In this document: positions 1 to 11,072 of the stretch, piece by piece | Layout: each line of letters starts with the position of its first letter | Numbering within the stretch: the stretch's first letter is position 1 | From: an uncultured Planctomycetaceae bacterium | Lineage (GTDB): Bacteria; Planctomycetota; Planctomycetia; Planctomycetales; Planctomycetaceae | Assembly: GCA_963813715.1 (NCBI GenBank) | Contig: CAWFAK010000007.1 | Coordinates: forward strand, 896,001 to 960,000 | Direction of reading: 5' to 3' | DNA length: 64,000 nucleotides | The notes under the pieces: model-generated | Seen by the model: the letters and a program-made list of their open reading frames with translations, nothing else | What the model was told of the DNA's origin: nothing | The model's database searches: none | Program-made: the position numbers and the translations under genes

Positions 1-15
1 CTGCGAAGCCAGGCC

Positions 16-609
16 GTGCCGTCGGCGCCGCCGATTGAGCTTTCTGACGGCACGATGCTGCTCGGTCGGCATTCAGCATGCGACATCGTGCTGCTGGACC
101 CTTCGATTTCCCGCTATCACGCGGAGTTTTCCGTCCGCGGAAGCTTGGTGACTGTGCGTGACCTGAATAGTCACAACGGAACGTATTTGGATGGCAAGCG
201 GATCGAAGCGGCTGACGTGCAGGCGGGCCAGCGATTGAATTTCGGCGACGTATCGTTTCAGGTTCGGATTGCCGGTGTCGATGACTCCGAGCCCGATTCC
301 GACTTGGAAACCGACAGCGTGAGCGGCCGCGTGCGGTCAATCACCGCGGAACTGGACAAGTTGCCCCTCTCGCCTGCCGAACGCCGCGTCTTGGATTCCC
401 TGCTGCTGGGTCTGTCTGAAAAAGAGGTCGCCACGCGGTTGGACATCAGCCCCAACACCGTCCATTGCCACGTGGGCAAAATCTACAAGGCCGTCGGCGT
501 TTGCTCGCGAGCCGAACTGCTGGCCCGCTTTGTCCCCCAGGGTGACAAGCGTGGCGATCAAGGATCGAGCGAACCTCCCGATGCCAATCCACGGACCAAA
601 CCGTCCTAA
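16..609 (+). CDS. FHA domain + LuxR-type HTH regulator
   Basis: LGR..CDI..SRYH..S.NGT FHA motifs; C-terminal LSPAERRVL..GLSEKEVA..ISPNTV..H LuxR HTH; start uncertain near window edge. Confidence 0.85.
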   Translation: MPSAPPIELSDGTMLLGRHSACDIVLLDPSISRYHAEFSVRGSLVTVRDLNSHNGTYLDGKRIEAADVQAGQRLNFGDVSFQVRIAGVDDSEPDSDLETDSVSGRVRSITAELDKLPLSPAERRVLDSLLLGLSEKEVATRLDISPNTVHCHVGKIYKAVGVCSRAELLARFVPQGDKRGDQGSSEPPDANPRTKPS

Positions 610-750
610 GGGACTCGGGACCGTGTCTTCGGGCGATCCGGCTCTCATCGAACGCTTTTCGCGTCGACCGCCGTCGGCTTGCAAACGCCGGCAGCGGTCG
701 AGATACTTTCGGACGCGCGATTCGACGACTCCACAGGCGTCACGCCGCAC

Positions 751-824
<74 letters not shown>

Positions 825-934
825 TTTTCTTCGAGACGCCCGCCGGGCGGTCCGAGTTCGGTAAGCGGCCCGCCAATGGCCTCTTTCTGAATCGCCCTTG
901 CTGACGTCCGCCCGAGCTCGACGAGTTCGCAGGC

Positions 935-1798
935 ATGACCGGGCACTCCGAGCGTTACATCCTGGCGACCGGGAGCGGCGAGGTCGAGCGGCTGCGGTTG
1001 TTGCAGGAGGTTTACGGGCCCAACAGCCAGACGCTTTTGCGGCGGGCGGGGCTGAGGGAAGGCCTCCGCGTCGTCGAGATCGGGTGCGGCAGCGGCAATG
1101 TCGCCTGCTGGCTTGCCGACAAAGTCGGGCCGCGCGGTTCGGTCGTCGGGATCGACAATAGTCCCGCTCAGGTCGAGCAGGCGCGACAGCAAGCCGAAGC
1201 GCGCGGTTTGTCGAACGTCGAGTTTCGCGTGGGCGACGCGAACGCGCCGGGGCTTCCCGAAGGGACGTTCGACCTCGCCTACGCCCGGCTCGTCCTGATG
1301 CACCTGGTGAATCCGGGCCAAGCCCTCGAAGCCATGCGCCGCCTGGTGCGGCCGGGGGGCTGCGTCGCTTGCGAAGAGATGGATCTCACCCGCTGGATTT
1401 GCGACCCGCCGTCCGATCTCGTCCGCCGCTTTTACGAGTTGAACATCACGCTCGGCGAACGCCACGGCGGCCACTTCCGGCTGGGGCCGAGTCTGCCCGG
1501 ACTGTTTCAAGCCGCCGGCCTCGCGCCTGAAGTCGCGGCAAATTTTCCGCTCGCGATCCGCGGCGAACAGAAGCGGCTCTTGGACTTGACCTTTCGCGAA
1601 TTCGCCCCCGAACTCGTTCGCGAACAGCTTGCCAGCCAGGCGGAGGTCGACGCCATCGCAGCCGAGCTAGTCCGGGTGGCTGCTGACGAAACGACGCTGC
1701 TCGCGTTTCCGCTCTTAGTGCAGGCCTGGGCAAGACGCGACAGAGACGGCGTCGCGCCACCGGCAACGCTGCGAGAAGGAACGGCGCACCGAGTGTGA
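935..1798 (+). CDS. Class I SAM-dependent methyltransferase
   Basis: VVEIGCGSG motif I, FDLAYARLVLMH, LVRPGG. Confidence 0.9.
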   Translation: MTGHSERYILATGSGEVERLRLLQEVYGPNSQTLLRRAGLREGLRVVEIGCGSGNVACWLADKVGPRGSVVGIDNSPAQVEQARQQAEARGLSNVEFRVGDANAPGLPEGTFDLAYARLVLMHLVNPGQALEAMRRLVRPGGCVACEEMDLTRWICDPPSDLVRRFYELNITLGERHGGHFRLGPSLPGLFQAAGLAPEVAANFPLAIRGEQKRLLDLTFREFAPELVREQLASQAEVDAIAAELVRVAADETTLLAFPLLVQAWARRDRDGVAPPATLREGTAHRV

Positions 1799-1830
1799 CC
1801 GCCAGCCAGACGAGTTGTGCCTCCTCGGAG

Positions 1831-2200
1831 TTAAGCAACCGGTTGCTGCAGCGATTGAACGGCTGTTTGCACGTCGCGCTGCGTCACATTCAGGACTCGC
1901 ATCACGAGCGTGAGAGCGGCCTGCTCTTGCGGTTTGATTGGGCCGTCGGCCGACGCGACGACAAATCCGAATTTCAGAAACATCTGCTTCCCGGCGGGGC
2001 TGAGTCGCGGGGCAAGGTATGCCAAGCGTCGTTGCGTTCCCTCGCTGCTCGAGAGCATTGTCGCCGCCTCAAGCTTGATCCGTTCCGGTTCGAAGGGGGC
2101 GCCGCCGCCAGTTAGCGTCGAGACTTCCGCGATGCAGGCCACCTCTGCATCGTTGATCGCGCCGTCAGCGATGGCAAGACCAGCGACGGGAGGAGAATGT
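1831..2200 (-). CDS. TerB-like protein (5' end unclear or frameshifted)
   Basis: Two TerB-type motifs, LAIADGAINDAE and VASADGPIKPQE. Confidence 0.55.
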
Positions 2201-2445
2201 CGTGATATTGCTGCCGAAATTTCTGATTCTGGTGAGATCCGGAGGTGCGACCCGATCCCGGGAAGGTGCGTCTGCGGATGCCATGGCAGTCGAGTTGGTC
2301 CCCTTGGCCGCTGCCGGGACCAGCACTCCCAAGTTCCACATTCCGTTCAGTCGTGCCGCCGGCAACTCGAGCAAGAAGGGATCGGGGCCAGCAGTCCTCA
2401 CCGCTGACCCCGATCCGTGCATGTGCAGAAATTCGCGCAAACAAC

Positions 2446-5400
2446 CTACTGACTAACGGGCAAGAGATTAACGGTCAGGTTATTTGCAAGACCGAATCCG
2501 TTCGGGTTGTTGAAGTCGGTGACGGTAGTACTCATGGTAAAGGACGAAAGCGGTGGGCTGCTTGGCCGACTCGCCCCGAACTGGTACTGAATGACGTTCA
2601 TCAAGTTGGTCGTCATGTTGACAAGGTCCTGCCCGGCGATCGTCAGGACGTGCGAATTCGGATCCCAGTTCACGCCTGGCGATCCCGCGGTGCCGGTCGT
2701 CAGCGTCACAGCCTGCAGCGGCAATTTTCCATTGGCCGGACTGCCCAGCGAGAACGTCAAGTTGACGGTGTTATCGGGGGGAGTTTGGTAATTCGTCCCC
2801 AGATTGATCGTGAGCGCGTTGGGCGTATAACTCGGTGGGGTGCAGGCGGCGATGCCGACTCCCTTGCTGACACAGCCGAGCGTGAATTGCGCCGTGGTCC
2901 ACGCCGGCTGCGAAACGGCCGTGGATTTGGCACTCGCGATCGACACGTCGTTGCCCGCCGGGGCCGGCGACGAACCGCCGGACGAGGCGCCCGCCGGGCC
3001 AGAACCCGACGCGGTCAAATGCGCGGCCGGAACCAGCAAATGCGTCGTCGACCCGTAAGGGGTTGCCAACTGCACGTCGACATAGAGGTAATCTGGCCAC
3101 TTGTATCCAACATGGATCGCGACGCTCACAGTGCACGATGAGTTCACGCCCGAACCCTGCAGCTTGAGGGTGAGGGCATCGACGCCGGCGAAGCTGGCGC
3201 TCGGAGCATAGCTCAAATCGTCCACTGCGTCCTGCAGATCAGCTAACCTTCCGGTGATCGTCATCGAGGAAGAGCCATTGGTGCCCGACACGAAGGACAG
3301 GCCGTGGAGATTTCCTCCCAACGTGATGATCCCGTTCGCCGCTTTCAGCCACAACGTGCAAGGAGGCAATGTGGGATCGTGCTCAGCGGGATCATGCAGC
3401 TTGATCGCATTCTTCGGAAACACTAGGTGCTGGGGAGGATAGATCGATTGACTTGACAGTGTTTCAATCGAGTTTAGCGCCCCTGTGCCGCTCGTCGAAG
3501 AGCCCGAGGCATCCGAGGTCAGCATCACCAGGCCGCTGGGGCCGTCCGAAACGGTCTCCTCGAGGCTGACCTTACCCGCCGCTGACTGTTTTGCATCGGC
3601 CGGATCTTGGGGACACGGGGATTTGGTCTCAGCGAGAGCATCAATCGCGTTCTTTGGCTCTGAGGGATCGAGCTGTTGCGCCCATCCGCCCGCGACTTCA
3701 CCGGTTTTCTCAATAAGCGCAATCGCATTTTGAGGAATGGTGACCTTCATCACCTGGCGACTGAGCAGCTCGGGCTGAACAATCTCCTGGCCGCCGATCA
3801 CGACCCGCGTTTGGTGCACGCTGAAGTGGTTTCCAATCAGGAAGAGCGTCGTGGGAGCATCGAGATTGATCGCCGGCGTTCCGTACCAGCCCCAGAGCTC
3901 AGGCGCGAAATCGGTCACGCCCGTGTTGAACATCGCAAAACCGCCCAGGGTGTTTTCGTATGGCACCTGAACCGACATCGACTGCAGCGGGAGTCGAGAT
4001 TCGAGTTGCTGCGACCGGGCCAAGAGACGGTCGATATCGCCCTCCCGACAGCATTCGGCGTGACCGACGAACTGCGAGCAGTTTTGAATCATTCTGAGCT
4101 GCTCGCCCAGTCGGATGGCCTTCCGCGAATTCATGAGTTTGCGGCGCGGATTGTCGAGGGCGAAGAAATTGCTGCTCGCGTCGACGTCCACGTAAGGCAC
4201 GAAGGAGGGCATCAGGACGATGGCCACGCACTCCCGCATGCCCGGCTCCAGTTGCCGCTGCCGGAGCAGGTGCCGGCGATCGGGTCCGCCCCACAGCAAC
4301 TCGAAGAGCACCTTGAAATTATTTTCCGTATCGGGGGACTGAAAGCGCGGGTAAAAGCGCCAGCCGAACGTGTCGGTTCCGTGAGAGAAACCAACCATCG
4401 TCTTATTGAGCGCGATCGTCTCCATGTCCGTTTCGAGTCGGCGGGCAAACTGGAACATGTTGTTCGCGCTTAAGTTCCCGGACACGAAGGCCAGCGAAAT
4501 CGCCAGCTGCATCTCCCGGCGCATGCTGTAGCTGTCCGCAATGTTTTGGGAGTCGTCCTCGGGGTCGAGGGCGAACACATGAATCGGCCAGCGGCAACGC
4601 ACGTATTCGGTGAACGCCTGACGGTCCTCGGGGCTCGGGAAGGGGAGAAAATACTTCGGCCAGAACCCGGGCGCTGGCTGGGGCAACGCGACATGGCAGC
4701 CCGCCGAAACGGGGGCTGTCTTCATGTCTTCGATCAATTGCTGATTTAACAGCGCTGAATCGACCACAATGGTCCAGGCAAGCGTCGTCGTCAATTCCGG
4801 GCTCTTGTTTTGAGACTTGGCTTTTGCCTGTTCTTCAAAACGCTTGCGGGCCGCACAGATATTCTCACGGTTTCGACCGTGAATCTCTTTGACGAGCTGT
4901 TCCTCGCACTCCCGCCACAGGTCTTGTGTTTCCGGGTCCAACTTCATCAGTTCGTAAGAAGCATTCAACTCCGTTTGCAGGAAGTTCTGGACATCGGGGT
5001 AGTGAATAAAGCTCTTGTTCTCGACCTCAGCGACAAATGTGCGCCAAGCCGTGCACACGATCTGAGCCCACGCATGTGCGCCATAAACATCCAGAATCTG
5101 CGAGGGGGGAAATGCTTGCCGCGCATTTCGTACGCGGGATGTAGAGTGCACCGCCAAGGCCAAGTTTACTACTCGCGCGGTCTCGCTCTTTAGCCTCGTT
5201 GACGGCGTGGAGTCATCAGTGCCATACCGTGATTGCTCGTTTGTTCGTTCATCTGAACCCATTTCAGTGGGTTGAGCAGCTCGAATCGCCCGTTCCAAAG
5301 TCTCGACCAACAGCTCATATTGCGACTTTCCATTTGAAGCGCGGCCGCTCCGCGACAGCTGACGCCATTTTTCTTTCATCGGGATCCGCCAGTCCATATC

Positions 5401-6339
5401 GTTCAGGACCTGCGTCAGCGGCACGCCGATTTCATCGATCAGGTCATTGATCACCAGGTTTCGAAAGGTCATCGGCAGCAGTTCTTCGCTCAAGTGCGGC
5501 TTCATCGTGAGCGTGATTTCGGCTCCATACCGCTGTTGCGTCCGTCTGCCCGGCAGAACGGAGACGGGGATGCGAATCAGATTCAGCGAGTAGCCCGGCG
5601 AATCAGCCGTGTCGTCGCCATCGCTCATGCGGCGCAGCTCGTGCAGGTGATCGATATAGCGCTTCATTTGGTCCAGATAGACGGTCGGCTCGAGACTGAT
5701 CCCATTCGAGGCGCCGGCGAACGCGAGCGGCGTCGGCATTGACACCCCCGTGCGCGACATGTTGCTGAACGCCCCAAATGCGGTCGTTGAGGGGTCGTAC
5801 GAGAAAGGAGACGACGGGGCCGCCCCGCTCGTGGAGGTCGACCCGCTGGGCGAGCTGCTCGCGCCCGATCCGCCGCTCGAGCTTGCTGAAGAGCTGGCCG
5901 TGGCGGGCGTCAGCCCTGAACCGCTTGAGCCCAGCGACGCGGCTTGGGCCGCGTAAGAGAGCGCGAGCGCATCGGCGGCATAGGCCTGATCGCTGCGGTT
6001 CAAAGACCCCTGCAGCGTAAACTGAAACTTGTTCAACATGGCGGCCATGGTGGTCTCGAATTCCTGACGGTACATCGTCAGGCGCGCCTGTCCCCACACG
6101 GACGGCTGCTCCGCCACCACGCTTCCGTCCGATTCGATGCCCCGCTCGAGCGAATCCAAGGCGGTGGCGAGATCGCCGGCGGTGGGCTGGTTAAGCGCCT
6201 GAGCCGGCGCTCCGTCTTCGTCAGAGATCAATTCAATCGAGTCCAGCGATCCGATCCGCTGACACGACGAGGTCAGCAGGGCCCCGCCGAAAATGATCGA
6301 CGTCCCGAGCGCAATCCAGCGCTGTCTGCGCACATTCAT
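2446..6339 (-). CDS. Large hypothetical lipoprotein-like protein (~1300 aa)
   Basis: Long ORF; signal with LLTSSC lipobox-like site, Ser-rich linker, beta-rich C-terminal part. Confidence 0.75.
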   Translation of the reverse strand: MNVRRQRWIALGTSIIFGGALLTSSCQRIGSLDSIELISDEDGAPAQALNQPTAGDLATALDSLERGIESDGSVVAEQPSVWGQARLTMYRQEFETTMAAMLNKFQFTLQGSLNRSDQAYAADALALSYAAQAASLGSSGSGLTPATASSSASSSGGSGASSSPSGSTSTSGAAPSSPFSYDPSTTAFGAFSNMSRTGVSMPTPLAFAGASNGISLEPTVYLDQMKRYIDHLHELRRMSDGDDTADSPGYSLNLIRIPVSVLPGRRTQQRYGAEITLTMKPHLSEELLPMTFRNLVINDLIDEIGVPLTQVLNDMDWRIPMKEKWRQLSRSGRASNGKSQYELLVETLERAIRAAQPTEMGSDERTNEQSRYGTDDSTPSTRLKSETARVVNLALAVHSTSRVRNARQAFPPSQILDVYGAHAWAQIVCTAWRTFVAEVENKSFIHYPDVQNFLQTELNASYELMKLDPETQDLWRECEEQLVKEIHGRNRENICAARKRFEEQAKAKSQNKSPELTTTLAWTIVVDSALLNQQLIEDMKTAPVSAGCHVALPQPAPGFWPKYFLPFPSPEDRQAFTEYVRCRWPIHVFALDPEDDSQNIADSYSMRREMQLAISLAFVSGNLSANNMFQFARRLETDMETIALNKTMVGFSHGTDTFGWRFYPRFQSPDTENNFKVLFELLWGGPDRRHLLRQRQLEPGMRECVAIVLMPSFVPYVDVDASSNFFALDNPRRKLMNSRKAIRLGEQLRMIQNCSQFVGHAECCREGDIDRLLARSQQLESRLPLQSMSVQVPYENTLGGFAMFNTGVTDFAPELWGWYGTPAINLDAPTTLFLIGNHFSVHQTRVVIGGQEIVQPELLSRQVMKVTIPQNAIALIEKTGEVAGGWAQQLDPSEPKNAIDALAETKSPCPQDPADAKQSAAGKVSLEETVSDGPSGLVMLTSDASGSSTSGTGALNSIETLSSQSIYPPQHLVFPKNAIKLHDPAEHDPTLPPCTLWLKAANGIITLGGNLHGLSFVSGTNGSSSMTITGRLADLQDAVDDLSYAPSASFAGVDALTLKLQGSGVNSSCTVSVAIHVGYKWPDYLYVDVQLATPYGSTTHLLVPAAHLTASGSGPAGASSGGSSPAPAGNDVSIASAKSTAVSQPAWTTAQFTLGCVSKGVGIAACTPPSYTPNALTINLGTNYQTPPDNTVNLTFSLGSPANGKLPLQAVTLTTGTAGSPGVNWDPNSHVLTIAGQDLVNMTTNLMNVIQYQFGASRPSSPPLSSFTMSTTVTDFNNPNGFGLANNLTVNLLPVSQ

Positions 6340-6610
6340 CGCCCCGTCCCCCCTAAGTACCAAGCACCGGGAAATGTTGTGTCTGCGGACGCGCGATTGA
6401 TGGACGGCAAAGCTAGGCTTCGCCGGAGATGGGAGTCGCGCGCCCACGGCTAGACGGGCTTATAGATCGTCCTCTCTGAAGGTAAAGATTATGGGGGTTC
6501 TACCAATCGAGACGAAACTAGCGATCTTGACGGTTTTTTGGTGAAGAAACTAATGGATTAGGAAAACTTTGACGGTTATACTGCCTCCGTCATTAATTTG
6601 GACGCTAACT

Positions 6611-7385
6611 ATGAGGCACACCATGCGACGCCTTCTAACACTGACCTTGGCTTTTTCACTGTTTTCGGCCGTTTGCTCGTGTCCCGCAGCGGACAAGCCC
6701 GCACCGACGCAATCGTCCGGCTCGGCTACCCCGACGACACCGGACATTAAACCCATCGCCGGGGATGAGTACGCAGATGCGGTCTTGCAGTTATATGACC
6801 TGGCACGCTGTGGCTGCGTTTGCTGCTGTCCTCATCCTGGAACACAGCAACCGGTATCGTCTTGCGTCGGCTCAAGGCTTGTTTGCCGGCTCAACGCGAT
6901 CGACACCATCGGGGGGTTTGTGAAGTCTCAGACGGCGGTCCTTTGCTTGAGCCACCTCTTGAAAGAGCAATGCTGCCTGTGTGCCAGTTCACCCAGCGGC
7001 GGCGATATCGAGTCGGTCCTGGTGGCGTTGCACGCGATCAACGCCCTCAAGAACATTGGCGCAAACGCGAAGTCCGCTCTGGTGGCGATCAACTGTGCCT
7101 GCTGCATCAGCCCCGACCTCACCAGCGCGATCAGCGCAGGCGCGGACGACAATTTCAGCGCCGCCAAAGCAACCGACACCGTCCCCGTCGAAGACGCCGG
7201 CGCCGGCGAGCGATGCCGTGAAAAAAGCACTCGACGCAGTCAACGCCGCGTTGACCGCAGTTGCGAAGGCGCTCGCTCCAGCACAGCCCAATCAGGATTT
7301 GGCCAAAGCAATCACTGATCTGACCACGGCGATCCAACAACTCGAGACCGCGAAAGCGGCTACCCAGCCGGCCGCCTCGAACTAG
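6611..7385 (+). CDS. Secreted Cys-rich helical hypothetical protein (frameshift ~7150)
   Basis: Signal peptide; ORF 6569-7318 continues in the frame of ORF 6981-7385. Confidence 0.55.
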
Positions 7386-7550
7386 TTATGCTGAACTAGG
7401 TTCTGCGTTGGCCCTCCCATGGGATCCAGACGTCCGACGTGCAATTGACGCCAGGGGGCGGGCTGCGGTTTGGCGTTCGCGCCGATCCTCGAAGGTTAGG
7501 CGTTTCGCCTGAAAGTCAGCGTCCCTATCCAATCCGCGGAGCCACGTGCC

Positions 7551-9294
7551 ATGACCAAGGTGACCAAAGTCGCCGTTTATTCAAACTGTGATATGGCGAC
7601 GGTTGCGTGGGTGACGAACGCCGCGATTCCTCAGTGCCGCGGCTTTGCACTCGAGCGGGAGGTTGCTCCGGGTAAGAAGGGAGACGCTGCCAGCGGTTTC
7701 ATCAATACTTGGGTCGGCTTCAAGGGCCAGAAACACCAGGCCGGCGAAAGCCGTGCGAGCACGGTTTGGCCGATTCAGCGTTACATCTGGTCCGATTACG
7801 TCGTCAGCCTGGGTCAAAAAGTACGCTATCGCGTGATCCCAATGCTTGGTTCCGCCAACAACCTTAAGCAGGCACCTCCGGATCAATGTAGCGCCTGGTC
7901 GCCCTGGATCACAATTGATACCGGAAGCACCAAGGGCTTCTCGGCCTACTTCAACCGGGGGCTGATCCCCTCACAGTTCATGGCGAGGCAAGCCAAGAAG
8001 TCGCAGTCGTTCAAAAAGATGTTGCAGCAGGATATCAACGACCCCAAAAGCACAATCCGCACGTTTCTCTCTGGAACGCTGCGAACTAAGCTGCTCGGGC
8101 TGCTGAAGGCGGCCGGCGGATCGGGCCTCAAGATCTACGCAGCTCTCTACGAATTAAATGACCCCGAATTGCTGCGGGCCCTGAAGGCGATCGGCGCCAA
8201 CTGCAATCTTCTGCTGGGATCGGGAGCGTACAAGTCGGCAAGCAAGAAGAAGCACACTCCCGCGGTGCCCGACGAAAACAAACTGGCGCGGCGCGACCTG
8301 AAGCAACATTCGAAAGTTCACGTCTATGACCGGCTCGTCAAGAGCCCGCACTTCGCGCACAACAAGTTCGTCGTGTTTTGCGACAAATCCGGGAAGCCCA
8401 AGAGAGTCTGGACCGGGAGCACGAACTGGACGGTCACCGGTCTGTGCACCCAGACTAACAACGGCATTTTGATCGATGACCCGAAGCTTGCGGCTGCCTA
8501 TCTCGCCCGGTGGACCGAGCTCAAGAAGGCCGGCAGTGGCTACCCGAAGACTCTCGCGCAGCATGGCTCGAAGCCTGCGATGTCAAAGCTCAATCAGTCC
8601 CCGCTGCACGCCTGGAACGTGCCCAGCTTGAAGTACGTCGATCTCAACGACGCGTCAAAATACATCCGGCAAGCCAAGCAAGGCGTTTTATATCTCATGT
8701 TTAATCCCGGCATCGGAGACGGCAAGAAGAAGGCCTATGCCCTGATTCAGAAACATCCTTAACCTCAATCCCAACAAACTGCTCATCCACGGCGTGCTTA
8801 ACCAGGACCCGGGAGGAAAAAACAAGCCCCTAATCCAGTTGGATCACAAAGGCACACAACTGCCGAGATTCTCGCTTCCGGCGATTTTGCCCAAGCCGCT
8901 CAAGGTGGCGAGCTTGAATTGGTTCAAAAGCACATTCCAATACAACATGGTGATGATCCACAGCAAGGTGGTGGTCATTGACCCCTTTGGCGACAAGCCC
9001 GTCGTTATGACGGGTTCGCATAACATGGGTCCCAAGGCCAGTCGGTCCAACGACGACAACCTGGTTATCATCGAAAATGCCCCGGGGCTGGCGGCCGAGT
9101 ATGCGGTCTACATCATGAACGTTTACGGCCACTACAAGTGGTTATTTAACCAATTTCTCCGAACGAAAAACGCCCCTCAGCGTGGCAAGAGTGCCTCACC
9201 GCAATACGACGGGAATGAAGACGACGACAAGTGGCAGAATCGTTATCTGGATCCGAAAAGCGCAAATTCGCGCGAAATTCAATTCTGGCTGTGA
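7551..9294 (+). CDS. Phospholipase D superfamily protein (frameshift ~8750)
   Basis: HNKFVV...WTGSTN and HSKVVVID...TGSHN HKD motifs in two consecutive ORFs. Confidence 0.85.
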
Positions 9295-9411
9295 CGACCG
9301 TCGGTGCGCCAAATCCGATGACGATGAAATCGCTGATCGCCGCTGCGTGCCCGTGATGATCCCTCACATAAAAAAACGGCAATTCCGGCCCGCACGGCGA
9401 AGTTGCTCTGC

Positions 9412-10855
9412 TCACACCCAAATATCCGAAGTGCAATCCCCACCCGGGAAGCGGATCTCGTGCGCGCGCACCGGCGCCCGTTGGTTCCTTGCCGAAGTCG
9501 ACGAGGAAGTTTTCGTTGACGGTCAGGCTGCCGTCGGGGTTGCAGTCGAATTGCATCAGGTAGGAACCCTTGGTGGCGAAGTCGGGGTAGAACTGGTTGT
9601 CCCAGGTGCTGTAGAGCGAGTTGGTCATGTAGAGCCGCTTGCCGTCGAGGCTCAGGTTGAGCATTTGCGGGCCGCCGTTGAGGTCGCGGCCTTTGACCGA
9701 GCGTTTCTTGCCGAGGACGCCGCCGAGCCAGACTTGGGCCGTCAGCTTGGGATGGGCCGGGTCGCTGACGTCGTAGCGGCGGATGTCGCCGTGCAGCCAG
9801 TTGGAGAAGTAGAGCCAGCGGTCGTCGAGTGAGAGGACGAGGTCGGTGATCAAGCCGGGGACAGGGAACGGCCAGCCCTTCTGTTCGACCGGATCGACCT
9901 GGATCACTTTGTCGGCCTTCCAGGTGTTGCCGTCCTGGTGCCAGTGCCAGATCGCGCTGCTGAGTGCGGCGCCGACGAAGCCGTGCTTGCTCGACGGTTC
10001 GTGATGGAAGCGGACTTCGAGCGGAATCAGCCCCGCCTCGCCGAGGTCGATCGTTTGCAGGATCTGCCGCTTCTCCCAGTCCCAGAAATTGAGATGGCGG
10101 CCGTATTTGCCCGCCGCCACGTCGGGCGGTTTGAAGCCGTCTTTGATCGTGTTGGGAGCGCCCCATTCGCTGCTGACCATCACGTTGTGGCGCGGCTGAT
10201 ACCAGAAGTCGTAATTAAAGGTGATGCCGCTCTTGGCAGGGTCCCAGCGGCCGGCGACGTTGAACTTGTCGTCGAGCAGCAGGAACCCGCCGGGCAGGTC
10301 GCCCTTCGCGTCGCCGAGCATGGAGATCATGATCTCGCCGGTCGGCAGGCAATGCACCGTGTGCGGACCGGTGAGGTTCGTCTTCGAGATGATTTCTTCC
10401 GGGCCGATGACCTTGTGCATCTTCGGCCGCCGCGGGTCGGCGACGTCGATGATGTGGATGCGGGTCGACTTCAGGCCGGGCACGACCAGGAACCGCCGCA
10501 TGTGCTTCGCGTCGCCGTGGCAACTGCTGCACGCGTTCCAGCCGAAGTGATGCAGCTCGTCGCCCAGCTCGGGCATCGGCACGCGCTCGATCACCTGCGA
10601 ATAAGTTGACGAAGCCGGATCGACGTCGACGATCGCCAGGAAGTCGGGCTTCTTGACCGACGTTGCGGCATACGTCGCCGTGACGAAGGCGATCTTTTCC
10701 CGCTCGCTCTGCATGGCCTCGCGCGGCGATGCGTAGGTGGAGTGACCGGAGCCCCCTTCCCCGTGATGGTGGGCGGCCAGACCGCGACTCCCCAAAGCAG
10801 ACGAGGCGGCCGCCGCGGCCGCCGTAGCGAGAAATTCACGTCGACGCATGGTCAT
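9412..10855 (-). CDS. Selenium-binding protein SBP56 / methanethiol oxidase family, Tat signal (frameshift near 3' end)
   Basis: GDELHHFGWNACSSC, GPHTVHC, YDFWYQPRHN, GGPQM..LSLDGKRLY..NSLYSTWD; shifted frame ends GGDCTSDIWV*. Confidence 0.9.
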
Positions 10856-11072
10856 TCCCCTGATTGATGATGCAAAGTCTCGCGAGGCTCGTTCGTTGGC
10901 CAGTACGCGGCATTGTACGACGCCCTGCTCACGCGGCAACCTGGCAGCCACGGCTTGTCAGATGCCCGACCTTGCGGGGTCCGTCCTTGGGAGAAATACC
11001 CGTAGTTCGCGCCCCCCGCTCGGGTTAGACTCAAAGCGGGCCACCTTCGTGCTTCTGGACCACTGATGATCC

